From positions 31,868,001 through 31,932,000 of the forward strand of contig NC_043009.1 of the NCBI RefSeq assembly GCF_006345805.1: 64,000 bases of DNA, written 5' to 3'. The position numbers were made by a program, and so were the translations under genes. Of the stretch, positions 1 to 11,564 are shown piece by piece (within the stretch, counting starts at the first letter, position 1; the number at the start of each line of letters is the position of its first letter). A model generated the notes under the pieces. That model made no database searches. It saw only the letters and a list, made by a program, of their open reading frames with translations, and was not told the DNA's origin. The stretch comes from Octopus sinensis. Taxonomy: Eukaryota.

Positions 1-317
1 ATATATATATATATTATATATATATGCATATATATAATTTATCATTTAATTGACTGTAAATTCGAAGTTTTTCGCTGGTGATAGCTCACTGTTAAATATG
101 GGCAGTCTGAAAAAGCCACCATAACAAAATTTTGAAGTTATTATTATTGAAATTGTGTAAATTATTATACACGTGACTTGTATTGAATCCTTCAGTTACT
201 CTCTATGTATAAAAGCCTTTTTTTTTAAATATATATTTTTTGTAAGTATTTAGATATTTTTTGTGAGGCATCATTTTCCTTTTGTGCATCATTTGCAAAT
301 CACTATTTTAAGTCCTT

Positions 318-535
318 AAGTCAGCGAGCTGGCAGAAACGTTAGCACACTGGGGGAAATGCTTAGCAGTATTTTTTCTGTTTTTACATTCTGAGTTCAAA
401 TTCCGCCAAGGTCGACTTTGCCTTTCATTATTTCAAGGTCTAAATTAAGTACCAGTTGCATACTGGGGTTGATCTAATCGACTGGTCCGATCCACACTAA
501 AAATTTTGGGCTTTGTGCCTAGAGTAGAAAAGACT
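318..535 (+). mobile_element. SINE family B
   Basis: gcgagctggcagaaacgttagcac head; ttctgagttcaaattcc B-box. Confidence 0.85.
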
Positions 536-774
536 ATTCTAACTCCTTGATGGAATGTTTGTGAGAAAGCTAACATTCCAATCTACTGCCCCTTCACAGG
601 GTTCAGTGCTCACCTTTACAATTTGAGCCTAATAAATATTTGGCTAAGACTTTTTGCTGAGAACTTTATTTTTTATAAAATATTGTATCATTTAATTATG
701 CTTCATGTAAAATTTTAATTTTAACTAATCATGTTTTAATTTAACTCATAACATCAATGAAATGACCTATAATA

Positions 775-980
775 ATGGTTCCAAATTTTGGCACGAAGCC
801 AGAAATTTTGGAAGAGAGTGAAAGTCAACTCAAATGCTCAAATGGCACTTATTCTTTAATGACCCTGAAAGGATGAAAGACAAAGCTGAACTTGGAGGCA
901 TTTGAACTCAGATTGCAAAATCACATGAAATGTCACTAAACATTTTGCCTGGTTAATGATTCTGCCAGCTCACTGCCCTA
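775..980 (-). mobile_element. SINE family B
   Basis: Reverse complement of consensus. Confidence 0.8.
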
Positions 981-2424
981 AAAAATGATTTATAATGATG
1001 AAAATATTAATGAATTCCAGGTCAGAATGCCTGATCCAGAAGAACAGAAACACGTTATTGTGTAACTTATCTCAAGACTTGATATAAGAAGTGAAACTCA
1101 CAACCTATGAATAGAGATGCTGACATCTGTATCTACTCAATCACAACTGTTTCCGTATAGGACTTATATCACAATTCTTAGAAAACAAAATCCATTCATG
1201 CATGCACGCACATACACACTACAACACATACACATGCACAGATACATATACATTTAATGCTTATAATCCAATCAGTAAATAGATAATGTCCAGAGAATAC
1301 CACTTAATTATCCTAGCAGCAATTTTATTCTAGTTAAACCTGTCACATTGGTTTCAGATTATTTCCGATATCGCACATCTGAATGGAACTTGAAAATCTC
1401 ATGCACAACTAAAAACAATGCCAAACAAATTGAAATCCAGTAACATTAATAAGAACACATCTGGTGCATGTGATAAATATCTGATGAAAGTGTTACTAAT
1501 AAAAGGCTCATTGGATTGTGTGTGAAGCTTCTCAAAGTTCCTTTTGTTAACAATCTGTCATCGCCTTAATCCATTGACAATAGGAAGTAATTAAGAGACT
1601 TATCACGTATTACAGGCAAGATAATTGTCAACGGATGGTCTTAAAACTGGTGAGATGCTGTTAAAGACAAGTTAATGAAAAGATTTATTTATTCATTTCA
1701 CCTATGTGATTAGGGTTTGCAAGGTTTTTAGCGGTTTGTGAATAGGAAAGATGCAGATTGATAGAAATATGTTGTGACGATATCTTGGTGAACTGTCAAA
1801 GACATTAGAATGGTAAATAGAATCTCATGTGGTCTCTCATCTGGTTCTTGCTGTTCATATTCCTTGAGGTATGCGAATATGAACCACATATATTGATGGA
1901 CGCATGCCGTAATCTTACATCGAGGAAAAAAAAAAAGGAAATGTCAATTCGATCTTGGTGTTCTGGATTCAAATGCAACCCAGGTCTTCCCCTTCTTTGC
2001 TTTTAGGGTGGTAGTGATGGCAGTGGTGGTGGTGATGGGGTAGTGGTGGTGGAGTGGTGGTGGTGGAGTGGTGGTGGTGGAGTGGTGGTGGTGGAGTGGT
2101 AGTGGTGGTGATGGTGGTAATTATAGTAATGGTATACATATGTAGCATGAGCTATTGTCATTGATTGTATTCAATAAACAGCTGTAAGCAGGCTGAAGGG
2201 GATTCTTTTTGTAGTGCTAGCCTAGGGTCCTAAATATCCTGGCATTAACCTAGAGTTTCCATGTCACAAATTTCACTTGAATGAGGTTTTGATAGAATCA
2301 AGTCTATTCTGGAGGACACATCCTCAAAGCCTTTATAGAATCAAGGCTTTTTCAGAAGATGCTGTACTGAATATGGAAAAAAAAAAACCACAGCTCATAT
2401 TATCATTGAGTTCAAATTTTAACA

Positions 2425-2625
2425 CAAAGCCAGCCGCTTTGAGGAGAAGGGGAAACTGATTACATCGACCCCAGTACTCAACTGGTACTTATTTTATTGA
2501 CCCCCAAAAGGATGAAAGGCAAAGTTGACTGTAGAATAATTTGAACTCAGAGCGTAATGAAGTGGATGAAATGCTGCTAAGCAATTTACCTGGTGAGCTG
2601 ATGATTCTACCAGCTTCTTGCTTTC
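2425..2625 (-). mobile_element. SINE family B
   Basis: Reverse complement of consensus. Confidence 0.8.
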
Positions 2626-3544
2626 ACAGTTGATATTAATATTGATTTTAGCTGTAGAATTCTTACAGATAGCGTTTTAACCAATGCCACCAAATAAACC
2701 TACTTTGACACATTTCTTGTCAGGTACTGGACAAAATTCTTTGGAGATAATTCTGTTTAATTTCACCTATCCATTTTCTGGAATGGATGATGTCTCGAGT
2801 TCTAAATCGAAGTTTTCATTACAACTCATTTAACATAGAATTCAATTAACCAAAAAGCAATTAATCAGCTAATTAATTTACAAATTAGTCAATTTATCTG
2901 TGTTACAGTAACAAACTCTAACTAAATTTACAGTAAAACACAATTGACAATGTTAACAGATGTGAATCTGTTTCAGAAAGAAAGCATAAACTTATATCTC
3001 AATAAACACGAGGTAAATTCCTTGCTGGTTAAGTATGAAATGTGAGTTCAATTCCAAGTTGCAGATATTTCAAATTACATATTTGAAGTCTGTTTATCCC
3101 ATAACAACACATATCTCCACTTGGGAAGTTCCTAAGGTGTAGCTTCGGGTAAGGATTTCTAAAGTAGACTAGTCCCCCACCTTTCTAAGCCACTGATGTG
3201 CAGGAGCCAGAACACCTCAGCCCCAGTTTCATTACAGGGTCCACTACAGTTTGTCATCATTGTTATTGCAGGGACCAGAACAGGGGGTTAACATCTCATC
3301 CATCAAGCTAACAGTTCTGCCAATCCACCTAAAAAAAAGTCAAAAAGAACAGTTGATCTCAGCAGGATTCGAACTCAGATTGCAGAGAGGCAAAAGGAAA
3401 CACGATGTATTCAAGGCAACTCTCTAACAACTCTGCCAGCACACCATTTATTTCTTCTTCTTCTTCTTCACTTAAATTCAAAAATATTTTCCTTCGTTTG
3501 TAGCTGGCTCTACCTTTAGAACGTCAATCATTCAACTGTTTCTT

Positions 3545-3558
3545 TATTTGTTTTGTCA

Positions 3559-3603
<45 letters not shown>

Positions 3604-3876
3604 ACAAATAAATATTTATTTAATTCTGACATTACTTTTGTTTAAAGAACTAAGAACACAGACATTTATTGCTGACAAAAGAAAAAACCAGAAACATTTT
3701 CCAAGTTAGAAACAATATTGTTCAATTTTAATTGATGCAAAACACTTCATTTCAGTTGGAGAAGAAAAATGAAATTATGTGATATACTCGAGTGTTACCT
3801 GTCAAATGTACATTCTGGTACATTCCAACATATACATTCTGGCACACATACACACATAATATATATGCATACTAGA

Positions 3877-3924
<48 letters not shown>

Positions 3925-3936
3925 TACACATGTGTG

Positions 3937-3970
<34 letters not shown>

Positions 3971-3983
3971 GTGTGTGTATATA

Positions 3984-4025
<42 letters not shown>

Positions 4026-4068
4026 TATATATATATATATATATAATATATATACATACATGTGTGTG

Positions 4069-4099
<31 letters not shown>

Positions 4100-4124
4100 C
4101 ATGTGTGTGTATATATGTGTGTGT

Positions 4125-4155
<31 letters not shown>

Positions 4156-4245
4156 CATTATATATATATTATATATATATACATGTATATATATATGGCA
4201 TCTTCTTAACTGCCCATACAAGTGAGTGTGTGTGTGTGTGTGTAT
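3545..4245. repeat. Compound (TA)n/(TG)n microsatellite field
   Basis: Direct reading. Confidence 0.95.
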
Positions 4246-4715
4246 ACAAAAGACCAAGCATGTGTGTGTACAAAGGACCAAGCAAGTGTTTGTGTACAAA
4301 GGGTCAAAAGCGTTCATATGGAACTAACTATACCTGGGAAGTGATGTAACTAATGTTTTACTTTATTCTCCTTATTCTTATTTTTCTTAATTACTCCCTG
4401 TCTATATCTATAACTTTGCATCAGAATCTGTCTCTCTCTATTCTTCCTTTCCAAGAGACTTGACCTATGGATACTAACAACCTGCTGTGTTAAATTCGAG
4501 TGAAACAGAATTCATTTAACAAGACAATTCTTATAATATCACTTGACAAAAAGGTATGGAACCAACAGATGCACCACAATAATTTGTTTACTTTCCCACA
4601 CACAAGGGATCGATGCTGAATGTGTTGAAAAGATCATTGTGGGCAATAAAGTTTCCTGCGTACTCCATTTTCCATCTCTACCATCTATCTTATATTTATA
4701 TATATTATTTATACA

Positions 4716-4773
<58 letters not shown>

Positions 4774-4820
4774 GTATGTATCCGTCCAACCCGTGCTAGC
4801 GCAGAAAACGGACGTTAAAC

Positions 4821-4851
<31 letters not shown>

Positions 4852-4855
4852 TATG

Positions 4856-4894
<39 letters not shown>

Positions 4895-5334
4895 ATGTAT
4901 ATATGTATGTATGTATATATATCCATACACATACGCACACACAAAACTCAGAGCCCCCAGAAACAGCTGTCATACCTGAAACACCATGCCTACTCCCCTC
5001 AGTTTTCTATATCATTTGTACTCCATGAAAATCTGTTCTGGATGTATATATAAACATCAATTTGCTTACATATAAATGTTCATCTGCTGAATATCTTCAG
5101 TGTTGCTTCTCTCCACACATATCCCTAAATATATTATATGTATTTATGTTTGTATATTCTATATATGAAGCCCAAGTGTGTTCATTGGTTTATTTCCATC
5201 ATAATCTCCATATCAGCCCGTCAGGCTTCATGTTATAGCCACTCTTTAGCCCATATGAGTTCAAATTATTTGAGAACTACTAAGTGGCATCTATCTTGAG
5301 CATCGCTGGATTGCATCTGTTGACTCTGTATATA

Positions 5335-5655
5335 CATCATCATCATCATCATCATCATTTAATGTCTGTTTTTCCATGCTGGCATGGGTTAGACAGTTTG
5401 ACTGTGGTCTGAGAAGCCAGGAGGCTGCACCAGGCCCCAATCTGATCTAGCAGTGTTTCTACAGCTGAATGCCCTTGCTAACACCAACCACTCAGAGAGT
5501 GTAGTAGGTGCTGGCACAGGGCCCAGAACAGCTGGCATTGGCCACAATTGGATGGTGCTTTTTACATGCTGGTGGCATGAAAGCCAGTCAAGGCAGCACT
5601 GACATTAGCCACATTCTGATGGTGCTTTTTATGTGCCACTGGCACAGGGGTCACA
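5335..5655 (-). mobile_element. Retroposon family C
   Basis: (CAT)n ttaatgtctgtttttccatgctggcatggg. Confidence 0.85.
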
Positions 5656-5878
5656 ACTACATATATATATATATATATATATATAGTAATACTAAGCAAT
5701 TAAGGGTTTAGCAACGAATTGCCTCACCACATACCGAATTTAGAAATAGCAGTCAAAGAGTTATAGCTATTCTTTCTACTAAAAGGGAGATCTCAGTAAA
5801 AACACAGCACTTGAAAGGCAAACACAGACAGGTAAGAGAGAATGAAATGACGGCAATCTATCATACAATTTTAAGTCA

Positions 5879-5970
5879 CCTACGGACGGACGTTTCGAAA
5901 TCAAGTTTTAGGAAAGCATAAGAATTAGAAAATTCTACCTTACCCAAACTTCTTTTCTCATCAGCGTAGG
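5879..5970 (-). ncRNA. Type I hammerhead ribozyme, intact core
   Basis: Minus strand: cctacg CTGATGA gaaa...tttc GAAA C gtcc GTC cgtagg; perfect 6-bp stem I. Confidence 0.88.
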
Positions 5971-6256
5971 ATACTACAATTATGAATAATTGTATATTAA
6001 ATTTTGAGATACTAGAAGGCAACATCTCAACTCAGTGTCCGAGCGAGCTGAAGCATTACCAGTACCACGAAATTCAAAGTGTGAATGAAAGTTTGTGTCA
6101 CCAGCCCCCTTCCACCCATGTGTAGCCAAGACAAGATGCCGTGGTCATTTACTGGGATAAAATATGGTTATCAGTAACAATAAAGGGTGAAATTAATTAA
6201 TTTGGAATATTATTCCAAATTAATTAATTTCACCCTTTATTGTTACTTATATATAT

Positions 6257-6306
<50 letters not shown>

Positions 6307-6390
6307 TATATAATACGTAGAACCATAACCAGGTTTGGTTGAATTGTCTTACCTTATGTTCTGCTTTTGTTAAATTGTTAAATTTACTCT

Positions 6391-6476
6391 TTATTCACCT
6401 GAAGAAAAAAAATTTTTTGCATGATGTAACACTTTTGTTCATCAATTAAGAACATGTCTGAAACAGCTGTTGTAAA
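6391..6476 (+). ncRNA. Degenerate hammerhead-like motif
   Basis: CTGAAGA 6399-6405 ... GAAA 6460-6463, CAGCT GTT (palindrome ACAGCTGT); stems I and II pair poorly. Confidence 0.4.
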
Positions 6477-7633
6477 CTGCAACCCGTCTGTGTTATTGTT
6501 TACATATATAAATATATATATATATCAAGGGTTGAACAGAAAGAACACCACAAGCAGAAAAAGTTAGATGAAAGCAGAGCAAATGGGAAACTAGATGAAA
6601 ATTTAATGGATGGGAAATTTAGACAAAGACACAATACACGGAATATTCACAAATGAGTTTTCCTCGTCAGTCAATGCTCCAAAATATCATAGTGGTTTCA
6701 TGCCATTGCCATTGAGACCACTCAATTTGGGAGGTGTGAATGCTGTTATTAAGCTACTGGGGAAAAACTAGTGAATATATACTAAGACAGAAACAAACAA
6801 GACATTGTATAAATACAACAGACGAAGATTTATTTATATATAACAGCATGGAGCCTAATGGCTGTATACAACAGAAGAAAAACTATAATAATTATATATA
6901 TACCACACATACAACAAGAAGAGCTTTTCAGCTATTGAATGAACTTAGTGGGGTTGCACAGGGTGAAATGGAGTAAGTCCTAATGGACGTAGCAGGAGCC
7001 CAGACCAGCATGATCAGTCTGGTCAAAGGCAGGGCGAAAAAGAACAACACCATCTTCCACCGGACACTGGTCATGTGGTAGGGAAGAAGTATTGAGAGAG
7101 GGAAAGGATGGGAGAGAGAGAGAGAACGAAAGAGCAGAGGGATTGAAGAAACAGAGTGAGAGAGGGGAGAAAAATATAGAAAGAAATGGCAACAGAGAGA
7201 AAAGAGAAAGGTACAAGGGAGGCAAGCAAGGGCAGAAAGAGAGAGAGTGAAAGTGGAGAAGGAGATAGAGTAAGAGTAGAGAGAGTTGTGTGTGTGTGTG
7301 TGTGTGTATAATTAATAATTTCTTACCTCATGGTATTTTTTATGCAAGCTATGCCACTTGATATTATTGTTTACAATATTGTAAACAATAATATCCTTAT
7401 ATGTATATACATACATGCATACCTACCTACCTACTTACATACACAACTTTTTATCAAATTTCTTGGTACTTATACAAAATACTGAAAAGAATACTAATTT
7501 TTAAAAGAATAATTTTATTAGCTTAACATAAAATTGGATTAAAGATATTTCTCATTTATATATCTGCAGAAATATATTCTAGGAATAATATATTTCTAAA
7601 GCTCTCAGAGAGATTTATGCAGTAGCAGCACAA

Positions 7634-8032
7634 TAAAGTGATGGTATGTTGTCAACTTAATGTGACAGTCCCATGAAAGGGAAGAATGCTACTGTTATTT
7701 AGCCCAAGGAAGCACCGTTTCCTGTTGGAGTTGACACATTTCCTGTGTCCTTATGTTTTCAAAGTGAAGGTAAGCATCTTCACCCAGCAAAGACGGATGA
7801 ACATCAATAGCTAGCAAGCCATGCTACTCCAGACTGATCATGAGCAATAACTCTGAAACTAGTCTCTGAGTGCGGGCTTTGCTGGGTGGAGATGCTTATC
7901 TTCAATATGAAAACATAAGGACACAAGAAATATGTCAAGTCTAACAGGCAGTGTTTCCTAAGGCTAAATAACAGTAGCATTCTTCCCTTTCATGGGACTG
8001 TCACATTAAGTTGATAACATACTATCACTTTA
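7634..8032. mobile_element. Fold-back element, ~158-bp arms with a hammerhead in the 84-nt loop
   Basis: 7634-7792 is the reverse complement of 7877-8032. Confidence 0.88.
7830..7868 (+). ncRNA. Minimal hammerhead, G8C mutant, in the loop of a fold-back element
   Basis: caga CTGATCA t-gag caataa ctc-t GAAA CTA GTC tctg. Confidence 0.7.
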
Positions 8033-8451
8033 AATATATTCTAGTTTTCAAGTTGACATAACCATTAGCAGGCTGGACAAAATGCTTAGTGGTGTTTTTT
8101 TCTGAGTTGTTACATGCTAAATTCAAATTCTGCTGGGGTCATCTTTGCCTTTCATTCCTACAAGCCGTGTACAGGGGTCAATGTGATCGACTAACTCTCT
8201 GCTACAAATTTGTACTTTTTATGAGAAACAAACAAAATAAAAATGTTTCTAAATTCTATCAGTAGAATCACAATTTACTCCATCAAAAGCCTATCTCAGT
8301 AAAATTTCATTGAAAACTATGCATTTTCAGAAAGTTATCATTGCCAGCCACCAAACCTTGTATGTGCACACATTCTGCTTTCCTTATGTTCATTTTCTCT
8401 GTATGTCTCCAGAAGTGATATAAAGCATGATTGGAGAATTCATGAAGCCAA

Positions 8452-8774
8452 CCAACCAATCAACCAACCAACCAACCAGCCAACCAACCGACCAACCAAC
8501 CAACTGACCAACTAACCAACCGACCGACTGACCAGCCAACATTTATATCAGCTACTATTGTTTACAGGTGTGTGCATATATGTGTGTGTTTCTGTGTGTA
8601 TGTGTATGCGTGTACAGATGTGTGCACAGGTGTATATGCATGTGTGAGAGTGTGTGAACATGTTTGTACATGCATATGTGTGAATATGGGCTTATATGTG
8701 TATGCATGAGTGCACACATGTGTACGTGTATGTCTATATGCCAGCATGTGCTAGTATATGCATATCTGTGCATA

Positions 8775-8857
<83 letters not shown>

Positions 8858-8860
8858 CAT
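8452..8860. repeat. (CCAA)n and (TG)n compound microsatellites
   Basis: Direct reading. Confidence 0.95.
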
Positions 8861-9369
8861 GTATTTCTAAAGGAAAGTAGCATGATAAATCATTAGAACT
8901 GATTTGATGAAGCATTCAAAACCAGGTCAGGGATTCAGATTGCCAAAAGCTTGATGAAATTCTGAGAGTCTCAAAATTCTGTCAGCCATAATATTACCAT
9001 TCCTTTAAATTTCCTTCATCTTCAGGCAAACTAGAAATGACTGAGAACACACTGAGTAGAAGAAACCTTTATATTTTGCAAGAGAGAACTTGGTAACTGA
9101 GGAAACAGCAGGAAGCTCATAGAATATTGGTAAATATGAACAGGCTGAAAGAGGAGTGAAAGAAGGAGAATTTTTACCTGAAATAAATATTTTACTTCTA
9201 TTTTCAGACTCTACCAAACAGCAGCACTAATGCTGTTGTTGTTGTTGCTGCTGCTGTTGTTGTTGTCATTTTTGTTGTTGTTGTTGTTACATATTTTAAT
9301 ATTGCATTTTATCATCTCCAGTAAATTATTTTCAATCATTTGATTAATACCAATTCTCATCCAAAATAT

Positions 9370-9421
9370 AGAATATATACAAATAATAATAATAATAATA
9401 ATAATGATGATGATAATGATA

Positions 9422-9454
<33 letters not shown>

Positions 9455-9547
9455 ATGAGAGTAATAATAATAACAATAACAATAATAATAATGATGATGA
9501 TGATATTAATAATAATAATGATAATAATAATAATAATAATAATAATG

Positions 9548-9586
<39 letters not shown>

Positions 9587-9720
9587 TAACAATGACAACA
9601 ACAGCAATAACAATTAATAAATAAAGTAATAATGAATAATTGAATAACAAAATAAAGCAATAACTCATTTAACGGCAAATTCTTCGAAGAAAGACAAGGA
9701 AAGAGAATGCTCTTTCAGAA

Positions 9721-9770
<50 letters not shown>

Positions 9771-9795
9771 ACAGCAGCAGCAGCAACAGCAGCAA

Positions 9796-9827
<32 letters not shown>

Positions 9828-9861
9828 ACAGCAGCAGCAGCAACAGCAGCAACAGCAGCAA
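9370..9861. repeat. (AAT)n/(GAT)n field followed by a 47-triplet CAG/CAA tract (9721-9861)
   Basis: Direct reading. Confidence 0.95.
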
Positions 9862-10367
9862 GAACAACTACCAAAGTCTCTGCAAATCAATATTCTTAGT
9901 CTTCGTGAATAGTTTTTTAGAGTTGGAAATAATTTAGAATTCCAAACGTCACTATATTCTTTCAAGTTAAACTCAATTCACTTTATTTTATTGTTATTTT
10001 TATTTATTTATTATTATTAATTGAAAAATAAATGAGATAATCTTATTAGTTAAACTTGGGTTAATTATTCAAACTACGATATTCAGTAGGGGTGGGCAGT
10101 TCTTCCATTTGAATGCAATATGTTTTTAATTCAGAATGTATTATAAGACTGAGCAAGATTCTATGTGGTTCTTGCTGGTGTTATTGGCATTGTTCTTTAG
10201 TTCCAGGTCAGCTCTGACTGAACAACACAGGATTCGACAAGTTTCCTGCATTACCATATCTTACTAAAATAGCTCTTGGTTATAGTAAAAGACTTGTGAG
10301 TGGATGTGGTCAACCAAACTGCAAGAAATCAATGTGTGTGTGTGTGTATACACATACATACATATAT

Positions 10368-10580
10368 ATTCGTTTACTTGTTTCAGCCATTTGACTGTAG
10401 CCATGCTGGAGCACCACCTTTAATCAAAGAAGTCGACCCCAGGGCTTATTCTTTGTATGCCTATTACTTATTCTATCGGTCTCTTTTGCCAAACTACTAG
10501 GTTATGGGTATGTAAACATACTGATATCGGTTGTCAAGCGATGGTGCAAGGACAAACACAGACACACAAATAAATACATA
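10368..10580 (-). mobile_element. SINE family A partial (other partials ~27190-27300, ~29415-29600, ~32730-32860, ~34835-34950, ~35635-35775)
   Basis: Local matches to the family A consensus. Confidence 0.8.
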
Positions 10581-10583
10581 CAT

Positions 10584-10585
<2 letters not shown>

Positions 10586-10616
<31 letters not shown>

Positions 10617-10875
10617 GTCATCGTCATCATTTAATGTCTGGTGTCCATGCTGACATGGGTTGAATGGTTTGACCAGGGCAGGTAAGCTGGAAGGTTGCAC
10701 TAGACTCCAGTATGATTTGGCATGGTTTTCTATGGCTTGATGCTCTTCCTAATACCAACCACTCTGAGAGTGTGATGGGTGTTTTTACATGCCACCAGCA
10801 TGGGTGCCATTTGTGTGACTCCAATATCTGTCACGACTGCAATTTTGTTCAGCTTGATGGGTCTTCTTCTCAAGT
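10586..10875 (-). mobile_element. Retroposon family C
   Basis: Same consensus. Confidence 0.82.
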
Positions 10876-10929
10876 ACAACAAATATATATGTGTGTGTGT
10901 GTGTGTGTGTACCTCTGTTTATTTTCTCG

Positions 10930-10972
10930 TGTTCTTTTTTGTTGAAGAGTGTAGGCTCGAAATGTAAAAGAC
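10930..10972 (+). ncRNA. Degenerate hammerhead-like motif (position-6 U variant family)
   Basis: ttt GTTGA agagt gtag gctc GAAA TGTA aaagac; same family as 11392-11434. Confidence 0.4.
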
Positions 10973-11312
10973 TTTCTCACCTTCCTGTGCATTAAACTAA
11001 TACACCTATTTGTTTTTTACACACCTGTCTGGTTTTCATGACTTTTTATATAAGTATTTTAACAAAATTAGCACTTTCAACCACTATGTACTGATCAGAT
11101 TTTGAATGTGTTTAACTGACAGTTAAAAGAGGTAATAAAATTGTCAAGAACTCGACAATCAGTTAAACACATTTGAAATGTGATCAGTACACTGTGATGT
11201 TACAATACCATAATAAAAAAACGTGAAAACCAGACTATGTTTTAACTTTATTCAACAAAATATTATTCTATACACATTCACACAAATTCAAAACAATATA
11301 CGTATATATATA

Positions 11313-11354
<42 letters not shown>

Positions 11355-11391
11355 ATATATGTATATATATTTTCTCTCCTTGTCTTTTCTG

Positions 11392-11434
11392 TGTCCCTTT
11401 CTGTAGAAGAGCATAGGCTCGAAATATAAAAGAC
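11392..11434 (+). ncRNA. Minimal hammerhead-like motif with CTGTAGA core
   Basis: gtcccttt CTGTAGA a gagc atag gctc GAAA TATA aaagac. Confidence 0.5.
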
Positions 11435-11522
11435 TTTTTCTATTCCTGAGCATTATACTAATACATCTGTTTGTTTTGTACACAACCTGTCTTCATCTTT
11501 TGTTTTTTTTCGTAAACTCTCC

Positions 11523-11564
<42 letters not shown>

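Noticed and set aside
2977-3012. Possible 36-nt micro-exon (tttcag|...KESINLYLNKHE|gtaaat)
   Set aside because: Weak pyrimidine tract, no recognisable protein and no partner exons; needs RNA-seq.
6630-6700. CTGACGA on the minus strand with a ggaa/ttcc stem
   Set aside because: Followed by GTGT rather than GAAA, and no consistent stem I or III.
9026-9210. Several AG acceptor-like sites around 9025, 9180 and 9207
   Set aside because: The frames hit stops quickly and give no recognisable peptide.
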